Assembly: GCA_903851045.1 (NCBI GenBank)
Contig: CAINNF010000008.1
Coordinates: 299 to 64,298, forward strand
Direction: 5' to 3'
Source of the DNA: Candidatus Adlerbacteria bacterium
Lineage (GTDB): Bacteria > Patescibacteriota > Minisyncoccia > Phycocordibacterales > SBAW01
DNA: 64,000 bases
Shown here piece after piece: positions 18,804 to 29,310 of the stretch. Positions within the stretch are counted from its first letter, which is position 1; each line of letters starts with the position of its first letter. The notes under the pieces are model-generated. The model ran no database searches, was not told the DNA's origin, and saw nothing but the letters and a program-made list of their open reading frames with translations. A program made the translations under genes and the position numbers.

Positions 18804-20576
18804 TTAGTGACCGTTCTTGACGCGATAGAAGTAGGACGAAGGGTCCGCACCAAGGACTTTGGGAGAGCCTTGTTCGATCACGCGACCTTTCTCGAGGACT
18901 ACCACGGTGTCTGAGGATTCGATCGTGCTCAGTCGGTGCGCGATGATGAGCACGGTGATCCGGCCGCGAAGGTCGTGGATCGCCTGTTGTATGAGCTTCT
19001 CCGACTCGGTGTCGAGCGCACTGGTCGCTTCGTCCAACAAGAGGATCGAGGGGCGACGCGCGAGCGCGCGAGCGAGCACCACGCGTTGTCGCTGCCCACC
19101 CGAGAGCATGACACCGTGGTCCCCTACCACCGTCTCGAACCCGTGTTGCAGGGACATGATGAAATCGTACAGATTCGCCTGCTTCGCCGCGGCGACGATA
19201 TCCTCGTCGGACAGGTCCGGATAATAGAAGCGGATGTTCTCCTTGATTGTGTCGTTGAGCAGGAAGATGTCTTGGGCGACGTACCCGATATGGGCACGCC
19301 ACTGCGACACCGCGATCCCCGAGAGCGGCTTCCCGTCGACGAGGATGGCGCCGGTGGACGGTTCGAAGAGTCGCAGCAAGAGGTCAGCTATCGTGGTCTT
19401 CCCTGCGCCGGATGGGCCGATGAGTCCGACCGTGTCGCCATGACGGATCGTGAAGTTCACCCCCGCAAGCGCCGACACTTCGCCCTGGTACAACAGCGAA
19501 ACATCCTTGAACTCGATATTGCGCGAGAACGCGAACTCATCCTTACCCGCGTCATCCGGCACTTCGACATGGTCGGTGAGCTGCTGCTTGAACGTCAGCA
19601 CGTTCTGCGCGTACGGCACCAGTTCACTGAACGAGTTGAGCGCGCCTTGTCCCGACTCAAGGTAGGTGAATATCTTTTGAATGAGGTAGAGCGTCGCTGC
19701 GAAGGAGACGAGACTAAAGCCGGGAGAGTGGTACGAGATCGAAAACAAAATGATGACAAAAAAGATACTGAACGGCTGGAACAGGCTGGTGCTGAGCGCG
19801 CGCACGAACGCCTTCTTTACATACAAGTGTCGCAGGTACGTGAACAGCTGGTGACTGTACGCAAGCGCACTGTCTTCGGCGCCGGACGCTTTGACCGCTT
19901 TCATGCCAAGGATGTGTTCGCTGAGGAACTGCGCGACCTTCTTCTCGGTGGTCGCCATGGCGTCCGCCATCTGTTGCATACGTCGCATCAGCGGGCGCAC
20001 AATACCGAGCAACACCGCACCCGCCGCCAAGGTCGCCAATGTCATACGCGGCGATATGTTGAGTGCCACGAGCAGATACATCGCGAACCCGGTGAACGAT
20101 TGTATCACCTGCCCCACTACCTCCAGGAGACTGCTGGTCATCTGGACATCGCGCACGAGCGTGCCCTGTACGTATCCCAGTTTTTGCTTGAGCAGATAGG
20201 GCCACGACGCGTAGAACGTCTTTTGGAGCATCTGTTCGCTCTCGTTACTTTGGAAGTCCGCCGTGATGAACCCACGGGTATACCCGAAGAGGATGGCGGC
20301 TGCCGCACGCATGAGGAATAGCCCGACGATCAGCACGAGCAGCGACCGGAAGGTGAACGCGACGTGGAGGAACTTGAAGAGTGCCTCTATCGCGCGCGAT
20401 ATGAAGTCGGTCGGCGTACCATTGTTGATCAAGAACGACAGGAGCGGAATGGCTGCATTGATGCCGATACCTTCGAGTACGGCGCCGAGCAGCCCGAGCA
20501 CCATAAGCCCGACTATGTGCCAGACATAGGGGCGGAACACTCGCTTCAACAATATAAAGGTCGCCTTGATGCGCAT
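18804..20576 (-). CDS. ABC exporter, fused permease-ATPase (MsbA/ABCB-type)
   Basis: Six-TM N-terminal half. Walker A GPSGAGKTT. Signature LSGGQRQRVVLARAL. Walker B ILLLDEATSALD. The start is moved to MRIKATF (ATG 20576-20574), which overlaps the degT-like stop by 1 nt (TAATG coupling). Confidence 0.85.
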   Translation of the reverse strand: MRIKATFILLKRVFRPYVWHIVGLMVLGLLGAVLEGIGINAAIPLLSFLINNGTPTDFISRAIEALFKFLHVAFTFRSLLVLIVGLFLMRAAAAILFGYTRGFITADFQSNESEQMLQKTFYASWPYLLKQKLGYVQGTLVRDVQMTSSLLEVVGQVIQSFTGFAMYLLVALNISPRMTLATLAAGAVLLGIVRPLMRRMQQMADAMATTEKKVAQFLSEHILGMKAVKASGAEDSALAYSHQLFTYLRHLYVKKAFVRALSTSLFQPFSIFFVIILFSISYHSPGFSLVSFAATLYLIQKIFTYLESGQGALNSFSELVPYAQNVLTFKQQLTDHVEVPDDAGKDEFAFSRNIEFKDVSLLYQGEVSALAGVNFTIRHGDTVGLIGPSGAGKTTIADLLLRLFEPSTGAILVDGKPLSGIAVSQWRAHIGYVAQDIFLLNDTIKENIRFYYPDLSDEDIVAAAKQANLYDFIMSLQHGFETVVGDHGVMLSGGQRQRVVLARALARRPSILLLDEATSALDTESEKLIQQAIHDLRGRITVLIIAHRLSTIESSDTVVVLEKGRVIEQGSPKVLGADPSSYFYRVKNGH

Positions 20577-21874
20577 TAGTCTTTGAGTTCGTCCACATGT
20601 GCGACGACCTTCTTGATCGCCTCGACGAACAGGTCGATATGTTCGATGGTGCGCGGATACTGACACAGCATCGTGCTCGTGAGCTCTCGCTCGAACATGC
20701 GCTCCACGACCGGGCAGAGCCCTTTGTCATAGTTCGGCTTTCCGTCGTAGCCATCGTACTCGAACGGAAAATGTGTCTCGTTGAACGCCTTGCGCTCTTG
20801 GAACAGGCGCTGGAGATAGATCGGCTTCACATACCCCGGCGACAGGGGGAACCCTTCCGCCCCCATCGCTTCCGCGAACTTGTCGCGCGTACAACCCAAC
20901 TGCTCCGGGTCGATCTTCATCACGTACTGGTAGTAGACGTGCGTGTTCTCGGGAGGAATATAGGGCAGGGTGATACCGTCTATCGCAAGCGCGGTCAACT
21001 TCTTCGTGAGATGGTCGCACAGTGCGATCTTCTTTTCGTTCAAAAAGTCGAGCTTGAGCGTCTGTTCGTACGCGATCGCGGCCTCGATCTCGGTCATGCG
21101 ATAGTTGCTGCCGAAGATCGGTCCGTCATGATAGTCGGGCAGCGCATCCGCCACGGATTCGCCATGATTGCGCGACAATTGCGCGCGGTGCGCGTAGCGG
21201 TCGTTATTGGTCACCAATACGCCACCCTCGCCCGACTGCACCACCTTGTGGACATTAAAACTGAAGACCCCGATGTCGCCTATCGTGCCGAGCAACTTAC
21301 CTTTATAAGTCGCTCCCGGTGACTGCGCGTTGTCTTCGATCACCTTGAGGTCATGTTCCTTCGCGATAGCGAGTATCTCGTCGAGGTCGGCACCTTGACC
21401 GAAGAGGTTGACCACCACGATCGCTTTGGTGTACTTGGTGATGCGTGCACGGATCGACGCGGGACTGATACAAAATGTCCGCTCATCGATATCGGCGAAT
21501 ATCGGTACGGCGCCGTTCATGAGGACACAGGTCGCGGAGGCGGCCATGCTGTAGGGAGGTACGATGACCTCGTCTCCCGGACCGATCTCGAGCGCCACAA
21601 TCGCCGCATGCAATGCGGTCGTCGCCGAGTTGAACGCCACCGCGTGCTGTACGCCGAACTTCTCTGCAAAGAGCGTTTCGAACCGGCGAACTTCGGGGCC
21701 ACCCTTGAACCGCTCGCCCGGAGTGCCCGTGAACCCAGACAAGGGACCTCGCGTGATCACTCGCTCGACCGCTACCAATTCTTCCTTCCCGGCATTGTGG
21801 ACGACAGGGAGCGGTTCGGTCAGGACGGGAGTCCCACCAAACAATGCAAGGGCCGACTTTTTTTCAGTATCCAT
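20576..21874 (-). CDS. DegT/DnrJ/EryC1/StrS-family PLP-dependent sugar aminotransferase or dehydratase
   Basis: 432 aa. Family-typical N-terminus LALFGGTPVL. PLP-lysine region FSFNVHKVVQSGEGGVLVT. Confidence 0.85.
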   Translation of the reverse strand: MDTEKKSALALFGGTPVLTEPLPVVHNAGKEELVAVERVITRGPLSGFTGTPGERFKGGPEVRRFETLFAEKFGVQHAVAFNSATTALHAAIVALEIGPGDEVIVPPYSMAASATCVLMNGAVPIFADIDERTFCISPASIRARITKYTKAIVVVNLFGQGADLDEILAIAKEHDLKVIEDNAQSPGATYKGKLLGTIGDIGVFSFNVHKVVQSGEGGVLVTNNDRYAHRAQLSRNHGESVADALPDYHDGPIFGSNYRMTEIEAAIAYEQTLKLDFLNEKKIALCDHLTKKLTALAIDGITLPYIPPENTHVYYQYVMKIDPEQLGCTRDKFAEAMGAEGFPLSPGYVKPIYLQRLFQERKAFNETHFPFEYDGYDGKPNYDKGLCPVVERMFERELTSTMLCQYPRTIEHIDLFVEAIKKVVAHVDELKD

Positions 21875-21888
21875 AGTATCTAGTAGTA

Positions 21889-22896
21889 TTATAAAGTAAT
21901 AATCTTCTTCGAACGTGCGCTCTGTGCGAGCGCCTGGAGCACACGCATGGTGGCTAGTGCATCCGTCGCCGAGCTTTCGGTCGTACCCGTACCATCGATC
22001 CGTGTCACAACATGGTCGACCGCGTCCGCGACCATACTACGCACATCCTCGGTCGCACGGCCAGACGAAGAGAACTCTCGCACCCCTTTGAACTCGGCGG
22101 ATGTTCGTACGGGTCGATACTCGACATGATACCCGTACTTCGATATAACCACCTCTCCTGTATCGCATAACAAGTGGAAGTCGTGTATGCCGATCGTGCG
22201 TCCATCAAAACTCTGAAGCGTGGCGACCGTACCATTCATAAACCCGAGGAGACCGTCGATGTTCGCGTCACCGACGGGTGCTGTTGAGTTAACGACATTC
22301 TCGTGACCGACGGCCCACACACACTCGCTCCCAAGCAGAAAACGGAGCGCGTCGACCGTGTGTGTCCCGTTATTGTACAACCCGTTATTATAGTAGCAAG
22401 TTACTTGTTGTACACGACCGAACTTCCCCGCCGCGATGTCCTTTTGCACCTTTTTAAATAACGGGAAGAAGCGTCGCTGATGATTCACTACCAGCGCCAC
22501 GCGCGACTTCTCGACTGCTGCACGGATCGCCGCGCCGGACCTATCGCTCTGTGCGAGCGGCTTCTCGCACACGATACCTTTGACCCCTTGTTTGATCGCC
22601 AACTTGACCAACGCTTCATGTGTGCTCGGCGGCGTCGCTATGGCGACGATGTCGGGCCGTACCTCCGCAAGACACGCCTCGGCGTCCGTATAATAGGGCA
22701 CACGATAATAGTCGGCCGCTGCTCGTGCGAGCTTCTCATCCGTATCGACGACCGCGAGGAGTATGGTGCGTTTGTTGTGTTTAAATGCCGCTGCATGCGA
22801 CGCGGGCTTCGGGCGCCCAGGATCGTACTCGAACGACGCACCGATACGCCCGCATCCTATCACCACCGCCGTATATATGTGTTGTTTGATCTTCAT
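21889..22896 (-). CDS. Gfo/Idh/MocA-family NAD(P)-dependent oxidoreductase
   Basis: 335 aa. Rossmann motif VVIGCGRIG at the N-terminus. Family-typical EKPLA motif. Confidence 0.8.
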   Translation of the reverse strand: MKIKQHIYTAVVIGCGRIGASFEYDPGRPKPASHAAAFKHNKRTILLAVVDTDEKLARAAADYYRVPYYTDAEACLAEVRPDIVAIATPPSTHEALVKLAIKQGVKGIVCEKPLAQSDRSGAAIRAAVEKSRVALVVNHQRRFFPLFKKVQKDIAAGKFGRVQQVTCYYNNGLYNNGTHTVDALRFLLGSECVWAVGHENVVNSTAPVGDANIDGLLGFMNGTVATLQSFDGRTIGIHDFHLLCDTGEVVISKYGYHVEYRPVRTSAEFKGVREFSSSGRATEDVRSMVADAVDHVVTRIDGTGTTESSATDALATMRVLQALAQSARSKKIITL

Positions 22897-22903
22897 ACTT
22901 CGT

Positions 22904-23965
22904 TTATGTTCTATCGAACTCCAAGAGCAGATGCACCTCCGAACACTGCTTGTTGGTATCTATCACTCCCTGCAATCCATCGATCATTGGTACGAACATC
23001 TGCGCGAGCAACGCACCTGCCTCGCGGTTCGCGGGTTCTTGTTCGATAGTGATCGTGAGCGAGCGATAGAGGTCTATCATGTCCGCCCCGAACCACCACT
23101 CGCCCACCGAGCGCATACCGAACTCCTTCGCTAAGTATACCAGCGATGACTCGGTGTACAGGTGTGTGTGCTCCACCGCCAACAATCGTGACACCACGTG
23201 TGGGAACGCAAGTTCGATGAACACGCTCGGACTGAACACCGGCACCAACAAAAAAAGATACTGCACCCGCGGGTTCGCGCGCAGTGCGGCCACCACGTCG
23301 CGCGGATGCTGCACATGTTCGAGCACGCCGACAAGTGACACCACGTCGGCGTCGACGCTTTCGGCCAACTGCACCACATCATCGAGTCCCATGAGCCGCA
23401 TGTCCACATCCGGTCGCATCGCTTGGGACAAGGCGACCAGTGTCGGTGACACCTCGTACGCGGTCACGTGCGGCAGTTCGGCATCGACGAGTCCCGCGGC
23501 AAAATAGCCCGCGCCCGCGCCAATGTCGGCGTAGCGCAGCGTTGCCGGGTCGTGACCTCTCGCCACGAGTACATCCTTTACGAAGGCCGCTTTCGGGAGA
23601 TAGATGTCGGCAACCCGCTTCGCATATGCGGCTGCGTCGTCCGCACTATACGTCGCCCCGTACGACTCGCCACCGTCGTGCGTATAGATCGCCTGACAAA
23701 ATGCCGTGGTGTCCTCATGCAAGCCGTTCACCTGTCCACAACGAGTACAGATAGTGTACGGGACACCAAGCTTCACGAACGCGGATGCGCCGAGCTTTTG
23801 CGCACAATTCTTGCACGACTCGCGCGCAGGCTGCTGCACGTACAGCTCGGCGACCTTTTTCTCCGCCTCGAGCGCCGCGTCGTTATCCTCGAAAAAAGAC
23901 TTCTTATGTTCGAACATGACCCCGCTCGGTTTGGAGAATCTCACTATCTTTTCGAAAGTTCCCAT
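22904..23965 (-). CDS. Class I SAM-dependent methyltransferase with N-terminal Zn-ribbon (TylCIII-like sugar C-methyltransferase architecture)
   Basis: 353 aa. CKNC...CTRCG zinc ribbon, then SAM motif ADIGAGAGYFAAGL. Confidence 0.55.
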   Translation of the reverse strand: MGTFEKIVRFSKPSGVMFEHKKSFFEDNDAALEAEKKVAELYVQQPARESCKNCAQKLGASAFVKLGVPYTICTRCGQVNGLHEDTTAFCQAIYTHDGGESYGATYSADDAAAYAKRVADIYLPKAAFVKDVLVARGHDPATLRYADIGAGAGYFAAGLVDAELPHVTAYEVSPTLVALSQAMRPDVDMRLMGLDDVVQLAESVDADVVSLVGVLEHVQHPRDVVAALRANPRVQYLFLLVPVFSPSVFIELAFPHVVSRLLAVEHTHLYTESSLVYLAKEFGMRSVGEWWFGADMIDLYRSLTITIEQEPANREAGALLAQMFVPMIDGLQGVIDTNKQCSEVHLLLEFDRT

Positions 23966-24044
23966 ATCGGCCTTACAGTACTACAACATCCGCTTCTTAT
24001 CAAAAGAAACAGCCGATACCAACGAGGGTACCGGCTGTGAGGGA

Positions 24045-25163
24045 CTAGGAGTGTCCCAACAGGAACTGTGCAACGCGAGCGCCGCCATCTGCTTTGAGTC
24101 GAGGCTTTGGCCTCGCGTCACGAAGTGCTCGCGCGATCACCCGCTCGTTGCGCGCGAGCTTCACGTACTCCATATGTCGCAGCAACGCGACCTCGTGGGA
24201 GGTGAACAAGGCATCGAAGATCTGCCCCGTCGCCCGCTCACGTAGAGCCAGCACGAGTGCGAGCCGACCATAGTACGGAGCCTGCACCACGAAACTCGAC
24301 GTGGGCATGCATGCGACGACATCGGCAGCCAAGACGCATTCGTCGAAGGTGACGCTCGACGGATCCCATACTGCCCGCATATTCGGAGGCAGGTCGTGCG
24401 GGATCCGAGACCGCATGAGCGGATGCTCAGCTGCCGCGCGTGGGTGTGGACGGATCAGACAGCAGAAGTCCCGTTCCGTATACGCTTGTGCGATGGTCCG
24501 CACCCCACCCAACACCGAGTCCAACGTCGAAAGTTGGATGTCGGGATGATCGGGAAAATCGGAACTCACGAGCCCCGAGTACAGGAGGACCCGCGTATCC
24601 TTGCTGACTCCAAGCCGCTCCCGCACCTCGTGTCGCACCCGCGGCTCGGGCGGCTCGACCAGCATGCCAGATATCAGAAACTGGCCAGGATCGATAAGAT
24701 CTCGCGACCTCCACACTGGCACCACCTCGGCACTCGTCACCAATCCATGCCACCGAGGGTCACTGCCCCTGAGCACCTCGCTACCCACCGCCTGCAGACC
24801 ATCGAGATCGACCAGCAATCGGTCAGCATGCGTCTGCGCGAACTGGATACACCAGCAAGTCCATTCGCTCGTCGGCTCTATACCCACCAGTGCTGCATCG
24901 TACCAGCCGTCGAGCGTCGTCGCATCGTCGGTCTCATAGAAAGGAAGTGCCCCTCGTGCGATGAGCCGTCGGATCTCTTCGACCGCCCAACCGTACGCGA
25001 CCAACACCGCGCCCCCAAACAACGCAGACGCGATCAGCTCCGATACCACACGTCGAACCAAGTTGAGCGTCGCAGGCTGCTCTGCTTCGAACAAGATACG
25101 AACACCGCGCGGATGAAATTGAGCCGTGCGAAAAACGACCATCCCCTCGGGTGGTGCTTGCAT
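24045..25163 (-). CDS. Hypothetical protein, possibly polysaccharide-biosynthesis related
   Basis: 372-aa ORF with host-like codon usage in the glycan locus. No confident family assignment. Confidence 0.35.
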   Translation of the reverse strand: MQAPPEGMVVFRTAQFHPRGVRILFEAEQPATLNLVRRVVSELIASALFGGAVLVAYGWAVEEIRRLIARGALPFYETDDATTLDGWYDAALVGIEPTSEWTCWCIQFAQTHADRLLVDLDGLQAVGSEVLRGSDPRWHGLVTSAEVVPVWRSRDLIDPGQFLISGMLVEPPEPRVRHEVRERLGVSKDTRVLLYSGLVSSDFPDHPDIQLSTLDSVLGGVRTIAQAYTERDFCCLIRPHPRAAAEHPLMRSRIPHDLPPNMRAVWDPSSVTFDECVLAADVVACMPTSSFVVQAPYYGRLALVLALRERATGQIFDALFTSHEVALLRHMEYVKLARNERVIARALRDARPKPRLKADGGARVAQFLLGHS

Positions 25164-25298
25164 GACGGTACCCCTTCACGATAATGAACGCCAAAAGTCA
25201 CATTAGAACAAAAGATTTGTATTGTCCAGTATACAAGCAGGCACTCTCACGAAAGAAAAACCCTCCCTAGTGTGTCCTAGGGAGGGTGGCTAACATAC

Positions 25299-26180
25299 TT
25301 AGAGACTCAACGCGATCATCAGGACCGCCACGAGTCCAAGAGCAAAAAATCCGTAGTCGACCAAAGCGAGGTCTTTCTTCTCGTTAAAAAAGTATAGACC
25401 AATCAGCCCCGGCAAGGTGGTCTCCGCAATAAGGAAGATCGCCTGGGTAGCGATTATCGGTGCGAGTTGCAGCACCCACACATGGGCAGCTAATGCAGCA
25501 ACGATGACCGCACCTAACGCTACACTGAACCACACGTCGCGGAGTGTGAGAACATCAAGTCCTTTGATCATTCGTTTGCGAAGCAGGATGATGACACCAA
25601 CACTCGTGGCTCCTGGATACCAGCCGACCACGAACGAGCCGATGTCCATCACGTCTCGAAGTGCCAATGCGCGAATACTGAACACGACCACCCCATACGT
25701 TGCGGAAAATCCCGCCACCCATAGGACAAATGCCATGGTCGACTCGATCCTCTTGTCCGTCTTGCGCCGACAATCGCGTATCAGCAACGTTATGGTGACG
25801 CCGAACGCAAGCAGTATGCCGGCAACAAGCAGCCCATTGAAGAACCTGCCCTCCCCAAGGACTGCCCAACCAAGAAACATGGCGGACAGATCGTCCATCC
25901 ATGTGCAGAGTGCATAGCGCGAAAGCGACAGATGCATCGCCCGCCATTGGCAGTAAGCACCCAACGCGCTCAAGGCTCCCAGTCCAGCAGCCACGAACGT
26001 CCACTGGTTGAGCGTGGCCCCAGACCACATGCCGACACCGATCGCGATAACGGTCGCCGCGACGAATTGCAGCAGGAAGCGCTCCTCACGACCATGTGTG
26101 GCCGCCAGGATCTTTTGCAGAGTGGGCGCGACCACCTGTGCCACGACCACACGCAATAACAACGGCACTAACCACGACAT
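25299..26180 (-). CDS. Polytopic membrane protein, DMT/EamA-like transporter
   Basis: 293 aa with about 10 predicted hydrophobic helices in two repeated halves. Confidence 0.5.
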   Translation of the reverse strand: MSWLVPLLLRVVVAQVVAPTLQKILAATHGREERFLLQFVAATVIAIGVGMWSGATLNQWTFVAAGLGALSALGAYCQWRAMHLSLSRYALCTWMDDLSAMFLGWAVLGEGRFFNGLLVAGILLAFGVTITLLIRDCRRKTDKRIESTMAFVLWVAGFSATYGVVVFSIRALALRDVMDIGSFVVGWYPGATSVGVIILLRKRMIKGLDVLTLRDVWFSVALGAVIVAALAAHVWVLQLAPIIATQAIFLIAETTLPGLIGLYFFNEKKDLALVDYGFFALGLVAVLMIALSL

Positions 26181-26288
26181 GAAGGATACCTCCTTTTACT
26201 ACATCTTATGTAATTATAATACAAATATTATAAAAAGCAAGTACAAAAGAACCGCCCAGTACCACGTGAGTACTGGGCGGGAAAGGAA

Positions 26289-27341
26289 TCAGTCGAAACT
26301 GGGGAAACCCGTCACTGCGCGCTTGAGGTTCTCCAGAACAGCCGGGTCGTACGATCCCCTGATCACGTCAAGCGCAGCTCGAGCAAACGCCTGGCTCCAC
26401 TCATCGCGGATCCCGTCGACCACGCCGTCGTACAGATTCAGTGTTGCCGACAGGAAATGGTTCAGCATAAAGCATTGCTCGAGTACGACCCCTTCGGGAC
26501 CCGACGCAACTGCACCGTATCCTTCAAGGAAAGCTGCGCGTGCGGCAGCGAACTGGTTCCTCCCATACAGCCCGAAAAGCTGCATGCTGGCACACGCCAC
26601 CTCGAGTTCAGCAGGGCCTGCCTGTGCAAACTCAACATCGAAGATGCCGCTCACTTTACCCGTACTCGGGTCGACCAAGAGGCTCCGCGAATGCTGGTCA
26701 TAGACCACCAAATGAGGTGCCGCGATCCAGTGTCGCAGACCGTCGACGCTCGCGCGCACCCATGCCCGCAGTTCCACCTGTTCATCTTCCGTGAAGTAGG
26801 TGGTGAGTCGTGCATGGGACCAGTGACGCTCGAAGATGTGCGCGACACGTTCAGCGAGCGAGGTACTGCCGTTGCCGATGCCGTCCGGCTGGATATCGCC
26901 GAACCGATCGAACAATATACTGCGCGTCGCCGACAGGGTGTGACCCAAATTACGAAGTGCGTTAAAGAAGTCGGGCAGGTGATGCTGCCGTGACTTCATG
27001 TACTCGGCGAACGTCACACCGTTCAGATAGCTCAACAGAGCGTATGGCCGCGGTGCACTCTCGTCGCCTTGGTACACGTCGGGAACAGGAATGCCAGCCT
27101 CACGCAACAGACCCAGCACCGCAAGCTGTCGTCGCAACGATGACTCGCCGCCAAAGTATGCGTCAAGATGGGGAACGGGATTCTGCTGTTCACGGCAAAG
27201 CACGCCGGCACCCCCATCGGCGAACGTGAACGCATAATTCACGTGCGACCTTCCGGCAAGCACCTTAACGTCTTCGATCTCCCTTTCGGGAAAACAAGCG
27301 AGCACGGCGTTTACCACGCTCGGAGGAACCGAAGAAAGCAT
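26289..27341 (-). CDS. Phosphotransferase-family (APH/choline-kinase-like) small-molecule kinase
   Basis: 350 aa. Catalytic-loop-like LVVYDQHSRSLLVD and IFDVEFAQ resemble Brenner and DFG-equivalent motifs of the APH family. Confidence 0.55.
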   Translation of the reverse strand: MLSSVPPSVVNAVLACFPEREIEDVKVLAGRSHVNYAFTFADGGAGVLCREQQNPVPHLDAYFGGESSLRRQLAVLGLLREAGIPVPDVYQGDESAPRPYALLSYLNGVTFAEYMKSRQHHLPDFFNALRNLGHTLSATRSILFDRFGDIQPDGIGNGSTSLAERVAHIFERHWSHARLTTYFTEDEQVELRAWVRASVDGLRHWIAAPHLVVYDQHSRSLLVDPSTGKVSGIFDVEFAQAGPAELEVACASMQLFGLYGRNQFAAARAAFLEGYGAVASGPEGVVLEQCFMLNHFLSATLNLYDGVVDGIRDEWSQAFARAALDVIRGSYDPAVLENLKRAVTGFPSFD

Positions 27342-27474
27342 GTCAGTCTCCTAACTGTTTGTTGTTACTCTGAAAGTCCAGCCAGATTAGATTTTAATGT
27401 GACATGGCACATATGTCAAGATTTTATATCCTGACACGGACACAAAAAGCGGCTGGTACGATTATGGAACGCTG

Positions 27475-28233
27475 TTACGCCTTCGGGAACGTCTTTTGGA
27501 CGATGTCTTTGTTGATGGCAGCGACCTCGGGGTGGGCTTGCAGATAGTCGAGGATCTCGTTCGTGGTCGGCTGGTCCTCGGGTTGGGTAAAGCCCATGCC
27601 GGTGGCGACCGCTCGCAAGAGGTCTAGGTCTTGCTGCGTGTCGAGCGTCAGTCGCGCCTGCGGCGCGAACGGGTGCACCACGGTCGGCTCGACGATGCGC
27701 TGTCGAAAGAGTTCGGGATGGTGATAGAAGTATGGCGTCACATGCTCGTGGTCGTACGGGTCGGTCGCCTCTGCCGCGACACGGTCGAATGCGGCACGGC
27801 CGAAGACCTGGGTCCCCGTGCCGACCGGCAAGCCGCCGGGATGACTGTTCAGATAGTCGAACTGCCCTTCCTCATATATCTCGACCATGTGGTCCATGAC
27901 CGCAAGGTCGAAGAAGGGATTGTCCCCTGTCGAGTCGGCGATGATCTGTGTGTCGAACGCGTGGACCGCTTCGGCAAATCGCTGGAGCACATCGTCTTCG
28001 CTACCGCGGTACACGTCGCAGCCGACCTTCTTACACAACGCCTCGGTGGCGTCGTCCTTGGGGTTGGTGGAGGTCGCGATGATGACCCGGTCGACATAGT
28101 TCGAAAGCCGACCTCTCGCGATGATCCACTCCAGCGGAGAATACTCGCCGATGAACGGCATAAGTATCTTCCCCGGCAAACGACTCGAACCCATACGCGC
28201 CTGCACTATCAGATGTACGCCTTGTTTTTTCAT
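27475..28233 (-). CDS. Acylneuraminate/pseudaminate cytidylyltransferase (NeuA/PseF/SpsF family)
   Basis: N-terminus LIVQARMGSSRLPGKIL is the hallmark of the CTP_transf_3 family. The start is moved to the internal MKKQGV. Confidence 0.75.
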   Translation of the reverse strand: MKKQGVHLIVQARMGSSRLPGKILMPFIGEYSPLEWIIARGRLSNYVDRVIIATSTNPKDDATEALCKKVGCDVYRGSEDDVLQRFAEAVHAFDTQIIADSTGDNPFFDLAVMDHMVEIYEEGQFDYLNSHPGGLPVGTGTQVFGRAAFDRVAAEATDPYDHEHVTPYFYHHPELFRQRIVEPTVVHPFAPQARLTLDTQQDLDLLRAVATGMGFTQPEDQPTTNEILDYLQAHPEVAAINKDIVQKTFPKA

Positions 28234-28240
28234 ACCGATA

Positions 28241-29308
28241 CTATAGCACAGTGTCACTTGAGCAAACAAGAGAATCTATGACCTGCAGGATCCTTTCGGC
28301 GGCACCGCGGGGCCAGATGGTGGAGATGTCGAGGGCGGTTGGTGGACGCTGACCTGCCGCATATATGGCGAGCGCGGACTGGAGTTCGTCCTCGGTCGAA
28401 AGTTTGGTCGTGAGCCCCAGACGGTTCGTCGCAAGCGGGTCACCGCCAGTGATCCCCGGCTCATAGCTCAGTACATACTTCCCTGCCGCACGGGCTTGGA
28501 TGAGTACCGGCGAGAACATCCCGATGATACACTCCGACCGAGAGAGAGCCTCCTCGAGTGTGTCTGCTTGGGCAAGGGCGACGCGCGCATCGAGATATGA
28601 ATCGTATTTGTGCGGATCATCCTTGGGATGCAAGCGGATAGACAACCGAAACTGCTCCGGCAACTTTCGTAGTGCGCGCAGCAAATGTTCGATCACCACG
28701 TATTCATCGAACCCATACCCCATCCCGTCGACCTCTCGTACTGGCTGAGAGACGAACAGGAGCAGGTGCGGATCCTCCTGGTCGCGTGTGATCCCTTGGG
28801 TAAAGTGCTCGACGTGCGGGTTACCCGTCACACACAACAATGCGTCGTCGAGTCCGACCGCGAGCATCTCGAGACGTGCAAGTTCGTCCATCACGCACAC
28901 GACGGTCGGTAGATACCCGAGCTCGTCGCCTGCGGTCGAGAAGCGCAGACGATAGTTCGACCAAAAATCCAGCACGTATACAGAAGGTACGTGCGGTATG
29001 AGCCGAAAGATCTTCTTGTCGATCGTGTCGCCCGCGCTCGTACCCGCCAAAAAAATATCCGGCCGCGCCGCCAACACTGCCGCCTGCAGCTCCTCCGGTG
29101 TGTATGCGCTCGCATCCTGCACCTCGAACCCATGTTGGCGAGCGATCGCGAGCGCGGGACCAGTCGCGATGCCGACCACCTGGTCGTGTCGGTCCAGCAA
29201 CGCTTTGACAACCCACACGATCGCGTTCATGCCACCGGCATCGTTCGCGCTCCACAGTATCCGCTTATGCGGATCAGATACTCCGAGGGGTGTGTCCTGT
29301 GCCGACAT
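28241..29308 (-). CDS. GT-B-fold glycosyltransferase-like protein (PseG/LpxB/MurG-like)
   Basis: 355 aa. N-terminal Rossmann-like ILWSANDAGGMNAIV...IFLAGTSAGD. Positioned between the cytidylyltransferase and NeuB-like genes, as in pse/leg clusters. Confidence 0.4.
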   Translation of the reverse strand: MSAQDTPLGVSDPHKRILWSANDAGGMNAIVWVVKALLDRHDQVVGIATGPALAIARQHGFEVQDASAYTPEELQAAVLAARPDIFLAGTSAGDTIDKKIFRLIPHVPSVYVLDFWSNYRLRFSTAGDELGYLPTVVCVMDELARLEMLAVGLDDALLCVTGNPHVEHFTQGITRDQEDPHLLLFVSQPVREVDGMGYGFDEYVVIEHLLRALRKLPEQFRLSIRLHPKDDPHKYDSYLDARVALAQADTLEEALSRSECIIGMFSPVLIQARAAGKYVLSYEPGITGGDPLATNRLGLTTKLSTEDELQSALAIYAAGQRPPTALDISTIWPRGAAERILQVIDSLVCSSDTVL

Positions 29309-29310
29309 AC

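Noticed and set aside
18936-20321. 461-aa plus-strand ORF overlapping the ABC transporter gene
   Set aside because: Antisense shadow ORF with a low-complexity Arg/Glu-rich translation. The minus-strand gene has unambiguous Walker/ABC signature motifs.
24301-25184. Overlapping plus-strand ORFs 24301..24549 and 24396..25184
   Set aside because: Antisense to the 372-aa minus-strand ORF. The translations are Arg-rich with no motifs.
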